Positions 39,376 through 49,996 of a stretch of DNA of 64,000 nt are shown piece after piece. Each line of letters starts with the position of its first letter. Within the stretch, counting starts at the first letter, position 1. The DNA comes from Harriotta raleighana (Eukaryota). The stretch covers positions 2,163,670 through 2,227,669 of the forward strand of contig JBNZDD010013718.1 of assembly GCA_050575255.1 (NCBI GenBank). The letters run 5' to 3'. Below the pieces are notes generated by a model that saw only the letters and a program-made list of their open reading frames with translations, had not been told where the DNA came from and did no database searches. Position numbers and translations under genes: made by a program.

Positions 39376-40608
39376 GTCAGTAAACAGTCAGCTGCCATTA
39401 AGCAAGTGCTCCCAACTATGTGGCTAATGTAATCCTTTAGGCTGTTTCTGACAATACCTCTCTTAATGGCAGCCTCAACGGGCCTACTTGTCAGCGAAAC
39501 AGTACAAGTAAAGCAATCAAAAACCTGCAAAGAAGGAATCTAAAACCAGACAACTTAAAGCCCGTCAGTGATGTCTGTCAGCCAGTTCTCCCAACTGGCT
39601 ACTAATTAAGTCCTAATTATCTCATAGCCGAAATAGCAAAATACAGATCTATAATAATCGTCACACTTTTAATATTTTTGTGGGAGATAATGCACAGAGT
39701 CTGGTTTGAATCTGATTTTAATGCAGGTTACGGGGTTTAGCTTGCCATTAAGGAGGGGGAGGAGGACAGGAATATTTTCCACTGATAGTTTGGAGATGCA
39801 ATAAAAAGTCCCTAATTTTCAGGAGCTAAGGCAAAGAATGTGTTTTACAGCAGGATTCATTCATTCCATGTTATCAGACTATTTAAAGGGAACGATTCAA
39901 CACCAAGCAAGTGCGCATCTCCAGAGGTGGTGGTTGGGTAGGGGGTAGGTGGGTGGTGGTGTGTGGGGGTGGGTGGGTGGGATGTGGGGATAAGAGGAGG
40001 GAAGAAAGGAAAGTCACATTACAATTACCAGCTGTGTGTGCAGAAGCAGTGTTTGAAAATCCAAAGGATTCATTTTTTGTCGAAACTAAAGTGGGTGGAT
40101 GTGAGTTCTGTGAATGACCTGATTTTGTCAAACATTCCAAGTGGATTTACAGACACCTGTTGTGCTCCAACCCCACCTTGTGCTTTGCAGAGGGAATAAA
40201 ATGGGGGGCGTTTTGACATGTACAAAGTGACACGTGCAAACTAAATGCTGGCTCCGGTGAATTATAACTAAATATAGAAGTTGTCCTACTCAGAAAACTA
40301 ACTTAAAACCCAGTCGTGTACTATCTACTTATGGGTAGTTCTGCACTGTTTAATTGTGTAAATATAGAAAAGCTTTTCTCTATATAAAGTTAATAAAGTT
40401 TAACTTGCGTGTCAGAGCAAAATCGGTTGTTTGGGTGATTCTTGAGCCCTCAAGAGCTTCAGATTCTTGCCCACTTTATTTTTGCTCCTGTGAAATCTCT
40501 AGGCTCCAAAATTAACAGTAGGGAAGGTATCCTAACAACCGAAAGGGAGCACACTGAAGCACTTAAGAGTTAATCGTTCTAACTTCCGGTATCATTCTGT
40601 TTACACAG

Positions 40609-40735
40609 CAGCGGATTCCGACGGCTTTTACCACCTGGACCAAAAGTCAATGACTGGAATTATTGTTGGAGTTTGCATTGCCCTGACTTGTATCGTCATT
40701 TGCATCCTTATCCTTGTTTACAGAAGCAAAGCCAG
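40609..40735 (+). CDS. PRTG: Protogenin exon 17 equivalent, transmembrane segment
   Basis: NAGNAG acceptor (cAGcAG, start 40609 or 40612), donor GTattg; [42 protein letters not shown]. Confidence 0.95.
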
Positions 40736-40987
40736 GTATTGTGTGAACATACAACTCACCCATCCACTGTAGATTTGGGGAAGGAGAGATAATTGTAAGA
40801 TTTTATGCATAACATATTTTAAGATGATAGAGGAACATGTTGTGGTTAATAATAATTGTGAATAATAATCCATNCATACAACTCACCCATCCACTGTAGA
40901 TTTGGGGAAGGAGAGATAATTGTACGGTTTTATGCATAACATATTTTAAGATGATTGAGGAACATGTTGTGGTTAATAATAATTGTG

Positions 40988-41200
40988 AATAATAATCCAT
41001 TCCCCCCAAAAAAACCACAATAATAAAAATTGGTCATTTTCAATCCACGGCTGTTTGTGGGACGCCGCTGTGCGCAATTGGCTGCCGCGTTTTGCCCACA
41101 AATATACAGTCAATTCACTTTACTGTATATTCTGTGAAGCGCTTTGAGACGTCGATAAGATGTAAAAAGCACTATATCAAATGCAAGGATTATTATTATC
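40988..41200 (+). mobile_element. 5'-truncated copy of the tRNA-SINE family (young, CpG intact)
   Basis: Close match to the core and tail of the 55491/59884 copies. Confidence 0.85.
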
Positions 41201-41411
41201 GTTGATGTTATCAACTGCCTCTTTACCGTGTGTAATTGTGCATATTCCCTGAAGTCAGAACCCAGCAATACCTTGTACCCACCAACGTGTGGAAGTTTTA
41301 GAAAATACCTCAACGATGCAATATCTTAATTGTATAAATGTGCGCATCGCTTACACACCTGTCAATCTGGAGAACAGCATTTTAATGGTACCGCTTTTTG
41401 TTATGACTTAG

Positions 41412-41577
41412 AAAATCATCTGCTATCAAGGCTGAGCAACAGGGTAACATCCAGTTGGCACACGTGACCAGGCCACTTGTCAATGGAAACCATGTCCAGA
41501 AGAGTCAGGATGGACAGAAAGAGAACGGAGAGTGCTTGATGCCGATGATGGCTGGGAGTGACTTTTTGGATACCAAG
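41412..41577 (+). CDS. PRTG: Protogenin exon 18 equivalent, cytoplasmic
   Basis: cttAG/GTaagt; KSSAIKAEQQGNIQLAHVTRPLVNGNHVQKSQDGQKENGECLMPMMAGSDFLDTK (KSSA...LMPM...F.D.K conserved). Confidence 0.93.
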
Positions 41578-41987
41578 GTAAGTTGATCTTGTTGTTATAT
41601 ACACATATATATATTATATCTTTTTTTGAAAAAGGAACTTTCCACTTTTTACAACTAAAATCAAACCCTTTGCCTTTTCTTTCATGTCAGCCAGACTTTT
41701 AACTTGGATACAATTGTTATCAGAGCTGTGGATTCCTCCCATTATTTGAAGCAATCAATGCTGCTCTCCCCACACACGTCACATAGAAACATTTATAGTA
41801 TCGTGATTCTAAGACGTGAATAATTGGAAGATGATTGGTGGGATGAGAGAGCGAGAATTTACAAGGTGTTTTTCCAGTGGCCCCAATCATGTCACATGGG
41901 TGGCTGGAGCAGCCCACCTGCCTGTAGTGCTTTTCAATCTTGACTCTCGGCAAATGATTAAATGGATTATGTTTTTCGATCGGACAG

Positions 41988-42098
41988 GGTGGAACTGACA
42001 TGATCATCAGGAGCTCTGCCCAAGTCGAGGAAAAGCCCCCAAAGTGGTCATTTTTTAAATCTGTAAAGAAATCGACGAAGGCGCCCAAAGAGAAGCAG
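41988..42098 (+). CDS. PRTG: Protogenin exon 19 equivalent, cytoplasmic
   Basis: gacAG/GTcaga, phase 0/0; GGTDMIIRSSAQVEEKPPKWSFFKSVKKSTKAPKEKQ (cf. PRTG GGTDLIIN...KWFFF). Confidence 0.92.
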
Positions 42099-42410
42099 GT
42101 CAGATTCGAGCTCTTAACTAATAAGAGGGAGCAACAGATTGGTTAATGATATAGAACAGACATCAGGTCATTCCTGGTCCTTATGGCAATGTAGTGCATA
42201 CACCAACTAAGTTACAGTGGGGATTCCTTTTTCAATTTCACCATGATGAATTTTAATCAAAATTGCATGAACATTCAATGAGAAGGAATTTGTGTTGTAT
42301 TTTATAAGACCCCCACCCCACCTACTTTTTTTTGTTGCTTAAAAGGAGACTGAACTGTATAATTTGAAGTTGTAGCTAAACGTAATGCCTACACGTTGTT
42401 TTGATCACAG

Positions 42411-42854
42411 TCGCTGCGAAGGAACGGCCGGGACCTGAGCTCTTACCACCTGACGTCCGCTGAATTGACCCGTGATGAATCCGATTGCTGCATGTTGGCC
42501 CCCCCCATGTCCCTCCAGGCCGTGTTCAGCACTGCGGGCGACACCGAGTGCTCCCACAACAGCGAGGGGAGCCACGAGACCGCCGACTCAGGGAGATACT
42601 CGCACGACTCCAGGGAGGAAATGGAATTGGCTCACCTCTCGTCCGTCACCTGCACCACACCCACCTTCGACGGTCCTTTCCTGCCCGCGGAAGTGTCTGG
42701 CTCACCTGTGTCGCCCGCCTCGGAGAAGGCCCAACTCCTGCTGATTGTTTCACACATGACGACAACTACCTCAGACCTGCTGGCCTCGCCAGTGTATCCG
42801 ATGCCTTCTCTAAAAACTGCTGGTGAAAACGATGACAACCAATTTCTAATATAG
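42411..42854 (+). CDS. PRTG: Protogenin last coding exon with stop codon
   Basis: cacAG acceptor in frame with ORF 42465-42854; conserved DTECSHNSEGSHETADSGRYSHDS motif; ends ...DDNQFLI-TAG. Confidence 0.93.
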   Translation, partial: SLRRNGRDLSSYHLTSAELTRDESDCCMLAPPMSLQAVFSTAGDTECSHNSEGSHETADSGRYSHDSREEMELAHLSSVTCTTPTFDGPFLPAEVSGSPVSPASEKAQLLLIVSHMTTTTSDLLASPVYPMPSLKTAGENDDNQFLI

Positions 42855-44992
42855 GCAGCCCGACCGTATTGCGCAGTAATTTATCTGCACAATGGACAAT
42901 GTGCAGGGAACCAAAGAACACTCGGGAAAGCAAATCTGGGTCTTTTTACACCTCCCAGATTCTTACCATGCTTTTGTTTTTATGAATGTTACATTTTTAT
43001 TTTACCCACCATGAATGTCTGTAATTCAAAAAAAAAATGTGAAAAAGGACCGCTACATTTCTTTTGATTGTTTTTTTGAAAGGTATATCACTGGAGCAGA
43101 AATAATATTTCAGGCTTTCTACTGAAAAAAAAGAATCTACCTCAATATTACCGGAATGGTAAACTCCAGTATTTAACAGGTATTGTACTCCTATTACCTT
43201 TATATAGCTGTTCCTTCCTTGCAGCAATATTCGTTTGGCTAAAAGAAATGTTTGTTGATATCGTTCTGTTGTGTTGTAGGGCTGTAAGGACATTGCCATG
43301 AGAGTGTTTGACTAAAGCTCTGTTTACATGTGCAGGTGCCATTCTAAAATGAATACTGAAAGGCAGAGCAGGGCATCCAAAGCTATTTTGGTTCCCTCGA
43401 AGTCTCTTTTATTTAAAAAAAACTGAGGCAGAGAGAAGGCAGCAACAAAAAACCTGAACAGAATATTAAATAGATCCCAAGTACAATTGCTGATAAATAT
43501 TTGAAACCTAATTAAGATCACATTGCAATTTTTTATGTCCCTGTTCGTGGATGGCGGGGGGGGTGGGNTGTTCGTGGATGGCGGGGGGGGAGAGAAAACC
43601 ACAAGCAATGATTGATCAGACCAAAGAGGCTTTGGGTTGAGCAGTTTTAAGGAGCTGTTCACGCAAGTCCATGTAGTGCCTTGTCTGTACACTGAACTAT
43701 TCAAAAGTTTCACCTCCTGTTAGCTTGAAAGGCCCAGCGAGTTAGAGCATTGGTACTGTACTCTCTTTACACTACACTTGTCATTGAAAACAAATGGTGC
43801 ATCTGAACCAATATAAAATGTGGGTCTGGGTACCTAGAGGCGCTGAGTTGAGTATCTGCTGGAATGCATAACGTTCAGATTGAACCAGGCCAGGGTTAAC
43901 TGGAATGATTACCTAAATGCTTCCTGTTCTAAAAACTGGAAAATACGATGCAGATGCAGAAATTAGGAATTACATGCCTCCTACAGTGACCCAAATCACA
44001 CTTGGCCTAGGTAGGTTTTGCTTTCATGCATCCCAGCAAATAGTACATTTTTTTGCTCCTTTATCAGTGAATATGCTGATCATCCACTAGTTCATTTGTC
44101 AGATAAATCACGCTTGTACTTCGTTATTTTGGAATGATTTGTTGTCACATTGGGAAGTTGCTTTAAAAATTTGAAAGCCCCAGTACAGTATTAGACTCTC
44201 CTTGGGTACAGTGTCTGTTGAAGAAACCTAAATTGTGCAAAGCAAGAATGTAATCAAATTGGTTTGAAGTGCCCGGTGTTACTCTAAAGGAGCTTTAATG
44301 TCTTGACTCAGTAGTCTGGGCTACCTGTTTTAAGGCTTCTGTGCACAAACTTTTTTTTTATAGAACTACATCACCCTGACACTTCTTTCATTAATAATGA
44401 AGTACCTAGATAATGAACTGCATTTTACTGATTCATTACGTTAGATTGCATGACATGTACTTGCCAATAATGTCACAATGCGCACTGAATAATTCACTTT
44501 ACAAAAGTTTCTGGAGTACAGTACTAAACCTTTCAAATTCGCTGAGGCCATCTTTAGAATTTTGCTTTTGAATGGTACTTTGATTTAGAAACCTAAATTA
44601 ACAATAAGTTTCAAATTTGATTGCAGTTTTCAAATTGAATGGAAGCTATCTGTTGCTTCGGATGCATTCTGAGAACTAGATGGCCAGCTCTTAGCAGAAT
44701 TTTGCAGAGGTGGAATTGTGAATTCTGCTGTGGAATATGTATATAATAGAAATGACCACCATTCTGCACGAGGATTTTGTCAGTGAAAAAGATAACTGAA
44801 TTCTGCTCCACATAGTTAACGAATGCCCCTGCCTGCCTACCTGCCTACCAATGCAGAACAAATTCACTTCGGTGTTGCCATTAAATCAAGTAACCTCTTG
44901 GTTACTTGTAATCCAAAGAGTACTATTAATCCATCGCAATGCTGCTGGTGTGTTTTCTTTAGAATTGCTTGCATAAAACAGAGCTTTATGAT

Positions 44993-45322
44993 ACCAAAGA
45001 TTCACAGGGAATAGAAGCTGCTACTCTCATGTGCTCTAGCCTTGCACTTCCTGTTTGATACTACCTCTTTTAAAACCTATTTTAGTGTTATTCTTTATCT
45101 AACCTCAGGGATCAATTTGTTACATTTAAACTGCCGCACCGAAATGTGTTGGCGTACTGACAGGGTATCTTGCTAGAACTTTTGATTGAAATAGTTACTG
45201 TGTAGCTTTTAAGAGTTAGAACAGATCACTAGAAATACGTGCCAGTAAATGTTTTGCGATGCCGATTATATTAAAAAAAATATTTTAAAACAAGCTTACC
45301 AAAGAAAATTATAGTGTATATA
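44993..45322 (+). promoter_or_regulatory. Cluster of miRNA seed sites (miR-9 x2, let-7/miR-196, miR-125, miR-10) plus a Pumilio element
   Basis: ACCAAAGA 44993 and 45298; ACTACCTC 45060-45067; CTCAGGGA 45104; ACAGGGTA 45160; TGTATATA 45315. Confidence 0.65.
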
Positions 45323-46586
45323 AAGTTTGCTTCCGTAGGATATTTGTGGGCCACATCATTTTTTACCAGTTGAATTCTAATCTTTGTTTAATGATAGTTA
45401 CTAATCATACAACAGTAGTGACTTGGATGTGTTTGAATAGAAATTGATTGCTTTTCCAATACAGTGTGACATCAATGTATTTGGAGCGTTTGTTTTTTTT
45501 TGGGGAGAGACTAGATTGCAGTGAGAATCTAAACAGCCTTTGGGTGAAAGTGGCTATTCCTCCTTTACTAGCAAAACTGCTGGACCGATATTAATTATTG
45601 AACTTTTCTTTTGATATTGGAAAAACTGGTTTCAAACGAGCATTTTTGCCCTATTCAAATGTAAACTTATTCAGCATTTGACTCTATTTTTAGATGAAGT
45701 GAAACAATGATGTCTTTGTATCGGCTCAAAGAAAGAAAGATCATTAGTATGAACTACTGAGTACAATTCTGGTTAGCTGCACTCTGCTCTTTATAAAGCA
45801 TAGATCAGAAATTAGAGAATATAGTCAGTTTAGCACTTGTCTTTCAGATTAGTGTCATCGCATAGTCTTAGTGCAGGGTGGTATGCAAAGGTAAAAGACA
45901 TATGTCCACATCCAAAGATTTACTTTTTCTTGCTGGACATTTTTTAATCTTAAAATTATCGGGCACTGTGTCTACGCAGTATCTTGAATCTCAGACCTAA
46001 GAACTATGTCACTTTGCACCTTGATGGACAAATTGATTTTTAAAAAATAGCGGATTAAATAAAAAGAGAATTCTCTTGTCGTTCTAAATGTAGTCTGACA
46101 ATGTGCATTTCTACTCCATATTGCAATAAGTACAGGTTTAATATCACTGAACGAGCGCAAGAGCATTCTCTTTCACTGACTGACCGATTTGAGGAAAACT
46201 TCAGATAAGTTGACTGAGTGGCCCTTCCTCTCCCCCCTCCGCCCCCAACAGACTACATCCTAATGCACAACTAAATCTTTTGCATGAATCAAAGTAAAAT
46301 ACTTCAGCTGTCTTTTAAGATTCACTTTAATCTTCAGGTGATTTGATTGAAATCCTGCCATGCAACAACTTGCAGACTCTTCCTCTTGGTGGCAATAGAC
46401 TAATTATCAGCAGAGGTTACATTAAAATGCCTAACTTGATAGCCCCAGACAGAGCACATGAGAGAAAACGTTTAATAACTTTTAAATTTTTTATATATAA
46501 TATATATATATACACATACACCATGTGGCAAAATGATTCCTTCTCTTAACTACATGCGTTTCACCAAGTTACATGTTGCATTCCTA

Positions 46587-46592
46587 AATAAA
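46587..46592 (+). terminator. Candidate proximal polyadenylation signal AATAAA
   Basis: Canonical hexamer inside the putative 3'UTR; usage unverified. Confidence 0.35.
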
Positions 46593-46663
46593 GTGCTTTA
46601 ATATTGAAAACCAAAAATGATGAAAAACCAATGAATTCAGAGTTAAGGTAACTTTATTTTCAA

Positions 46664-46698
46664 ATACAGCTAGAACAGCAGCCCATAAAAACCAAAGA
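46664..46698 (+). promoter_or_regulatory. miR-9-5p target site with extensive 3' pairing
   Basis: ATACAGCTAGA (complement of miR-9 nt 11-21) + 15-nt spacer + AACCAAAGA (complement of nt 1-9). Confidence 0.75.
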
Positions 46699-48179
46699 AT
46701 TTTTTTTTGGCTTACCTTTGTATATCAGACATAGCAGTTTTAGTCCGACGTAACTAGGAAGGGCAGATTTTGTGTCTCCTCGTGAATGTTGTTCGAAATC
46801 CCTTTTTTGTTGTTGTTGTTTTGCTGCAGAAGCGCATTCTCTTATCTGAAGTCAACAACCAGCATGTTTTTTTACCTCTTGATAGCCGCCAGTATATTTT
46901 CCCACCTTTATAATGGCATTAAAGGGAATATGTAAATTTTATAGGAAGCACCGGCTTGAGGAATATTTCAGGCAGGTTCTAAACCAGACACTCTGTGTGG
47001 GTTGCTGGAGGAATGTGCTATTCCCTGCTCCCTGAACATTTGCAAATCTTGCTTTCTAACTAACTGTATTCACCTGTAAGGGAAGCCATTGAAATTTGAC
47101 TGGAGTTTCTGTTAAGCGTGGCAGCTGAAAATGCCTTATGCCATCGACAGAATGTTAAACAGAACAACTGGGACATTTTATCCTTGGCGTTATACCATTT
47201 GCAGAGGGGGAAAATGTCCCCCAAATGTATAGGCAATCCCCCAAATATCTTGAGGAAAATGTCCTGTGTGGCTGATAAAATTTTGCTGGTATTTCATTTG
47301 AATTTAGAGCCGTTTAGTTAAATATATTGTAATAGAAACCACTGCCTCATTTGAATTTGACAAAATACATCTTTTGAAGTATTTGTTGATGCACATTAAT
47401 CTGGAACTGTGTATTAAACTGTCTTGATATAGTATTTTAATTTTTATATAATATGTATTAAACATGTGTGGCTGGATGTCATGTTCACATTTGATGCTTT
47501 ACGGTATCCACACACCTGACCCCTTCGGGTAACCAATGTAGAGATTACCGACAAGTGTTTTGTGTGACTTGCTCATGAAGCCAGGCCAGAAGAGCGGGAG
47601 AGAAAGGTATCTGAACCCGCGAGGGTTTTCTTTACTTTTTGCTATTGTTTTTTTTGAAAAAAAATAAGAACGAACAATATTGTGTTAGTTTTTGATTTAG
47701 AGAATGCTGTTAAGATGTGAACTAAAGGGAAGAAGTGGAGGGTTTGGTGTCTCGTGTTATCTCAGGTGTTCCTGACCTTCCATCTTCAATTGCCAATTGT
47801 CATGTAAAGACAGTGTTTGCGATTCTGCGGACTGGACACGTGGACCTGGATTATATCAAATTTTATTTGTCTCAGGGGATCAGTTCCACTCTTGTGTCCA
47901 ATCCTGTGGAAGAGCCAACGCTTGCCTTGACTTGTGAATGTACCTCATTTATGTCTTTAACTACTTTTTAACTGTTTTATTGAAAAACTGTGTTCCTCTT
48001 CTCCCCACCCCACCCCACCCCTATTTTATAATTAGCAATACAGTGACTGTTGCCTAACATACAGGTGTCTGATCTGTAATCTTGCTGAGTCATGCCAAAA
48101 ATTATAACTCGTCTAAAAAAGCCAAAATGTTTTAAAACTGTTGTAAAATAGTCTGAATTTTGAACGATTGCACAGTTTA

Positions 48180-48185
48180 AATAAA
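48180..48185 (+). terminator. Candidate distal polyadenylation signal AATAAA
   Basis: Canonical hexamer at the end of the repeat-poor AU-rich stretch, just before repeats resume. Confidence 0.5.
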
Positions 48186-49996
48186 GTTTTTCCATAAAAC
48201 GAGAATATTCTGTATCTGCACATTCATTCCGATGTTTAAAAGTATTCTTGCGATTCACATCTTTCAGCTTTTTATCCACAGAAATTTGTATTCATATTAC
48301 ATCAAGCGACTTGTCACTTGAAAACTGATATGACCCAGGATTTTGATTAGTTCACATTCATAACGAAAGAACACCATTTCTTCATTTGAAGCATTTTGGC
48401 ACATTTTCCTATGTACCAGACTGTTGTACGGCTTAGCAAGCACTTGTTGCCCTCCAGTCCCTCACCCAAGTGACTGTTATTCACGCACAAATTTTGCCAA
48501 GCTCATCCACCACAGGGATTCAAAATTGAAATGGATCCAACCAGCATCCATCTACACTACATACTTTCCAGCAATAAAAGGGAGGAAGATTACTTGTTAA
48601 CAGCATAGAAAACCTGAACATTTCACTTTACCGTCAACCAATTTGTACACCCCTGTGTCCCACAAACATCTGTGGAGTGAATGACCAATTCTGTCTGGGG
48701 TTTTGTTGGCCAAATGCACATTTGTGACAATTTACAGTAAATCCAGTTAAATGCTTTTGAGTCAGCCACTGGAAGTGAAAAGTGCTGTAATTTTATGGCA
48801 GTCAGCCTTAGTGTTTGGACAAGGCGAAAACAGACAAGATTTCCATAAGTGTATGCCTCCCTGACACATTGGGAAAGTTGCGATATTAGGAATTATTATT
48901 AACTTCAAGGGAATAAACAAAGGGTGGAATTTTGGCTACAGCACAGCAATAAGGGATAGCAAATGTAAGTGTGTTTAAAAGGATCAATAGTGGCAGCTTG
49001 TGTGGTGTGGCAGGATGTGCTTTCTCTTCCAACACACATGCCTTTGATCTCATCAGGCCATTTGGGGGAAGGGGAGAGAGAAACAGGCAGAGAGGTGGGG
49101 GTTGGGTGGGGGGGGAAGCCTGATGAGCCAATTCACAGCACTTAGATAAGCCAGTTTAGACTGGCACTGACCAGGAGTCTTGGGTCAGCCTTTGTGCTGA
49201 CCATTTGTTTGTGAGTGCGGCCCTGTGGGACCTAAAATACTGGGAAAATAAAAGTATGAAACATCCGGGGAGAGATATTAAATGTTGTTTCAAAAAGTTT
49301 GTGTTCTGCGGCAACTTGGTTTTTCATTTTTGTCTTTTTTAATCTCAAATCGACTCTTATCGACGCAGAAAACCACAATCTATTAGGGGACTGTGGTGTC
49401 GATAAATAAAAGTGGAGACTTCTAAGAGAGAATAAACAAACACTTAACCCAGTGCTATGGAATAGTTGATGCATGGATAAGTAAGTGCAGAGATCAGGGA
49501 AATTGTGGTACAATTAAGGCTGAGGCAATGGCCAAAAAAAAAGGGAAGAAATTAATCGAGGTAAGGAGGGCAGGGTCATTAGAGTTAAGTGAGGGGATAA
49601 AAGAGAAGCTGAAGGAGGCAATGCAAGATGGGAGTGATCAAGCAAGGGTGATCGCTATTCATTGTATGTACTGTAGAATCCTTCAAACAATAGGTGGACA
49701 AGACGAGGGAGAGTTGCTATGTGATTCTCAATGCCTTAATAAGATTGTAATTTTATTCAGGAGCAGAAGGAACGGCTGCAAATTGGCAGAGCAGAGGGAC
49801 CCCTGGTTACTTTTGTAATTGGAAATACACAAGTGTGGGGCCCCTTCACTAGCTGCCAATGAATTCAATTGATGCATGAGTTTAAGCCATTGGTTATGAT
49901 TTTGCAACATGATTTGGGGTAAAGGTTCATACGTCAACTTCTCTAAATATATCAGTGAAACTATTTGCATTTCAACCAAATGCAATAGCAACAAAT

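Larger units (their letters stand above)
42855..48200 (+). other. PRTG: Putative long PRTG 3'UTR
   Basis: Follows the stop codon; AU-rich, free of young SINE copies and dense in miRNA seed matches. AATAAA at 46587-46592 and 48180-48185. The 3' end is inferred. Confidence 0.65.

Noticed and set aside
46630-46698. Minus-strand relic of a miR-9 gene (5p-like sequence followed by ATAAAGTTACCTTAAC, loosely like miR-9-3p)
   Set aside because: The 15-nt insertion in the 5p part, a very short loop and a poor 3p match rule out a pre-miRNA; the sequence is better explained as a sense-strand target site.
49528-49818. 96-aa ORF with CMYC...GELLCDSQC, superficially a PHD finger or PYGO1 relic
   Set aside because: It lacks the H-x2-C and W-x-C-x2-C ligands and any other Pygopus similarity, and the opposite strand resembles a decayed L2 ORF2 end. 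A profile-HMM (PHD) search would settle it.
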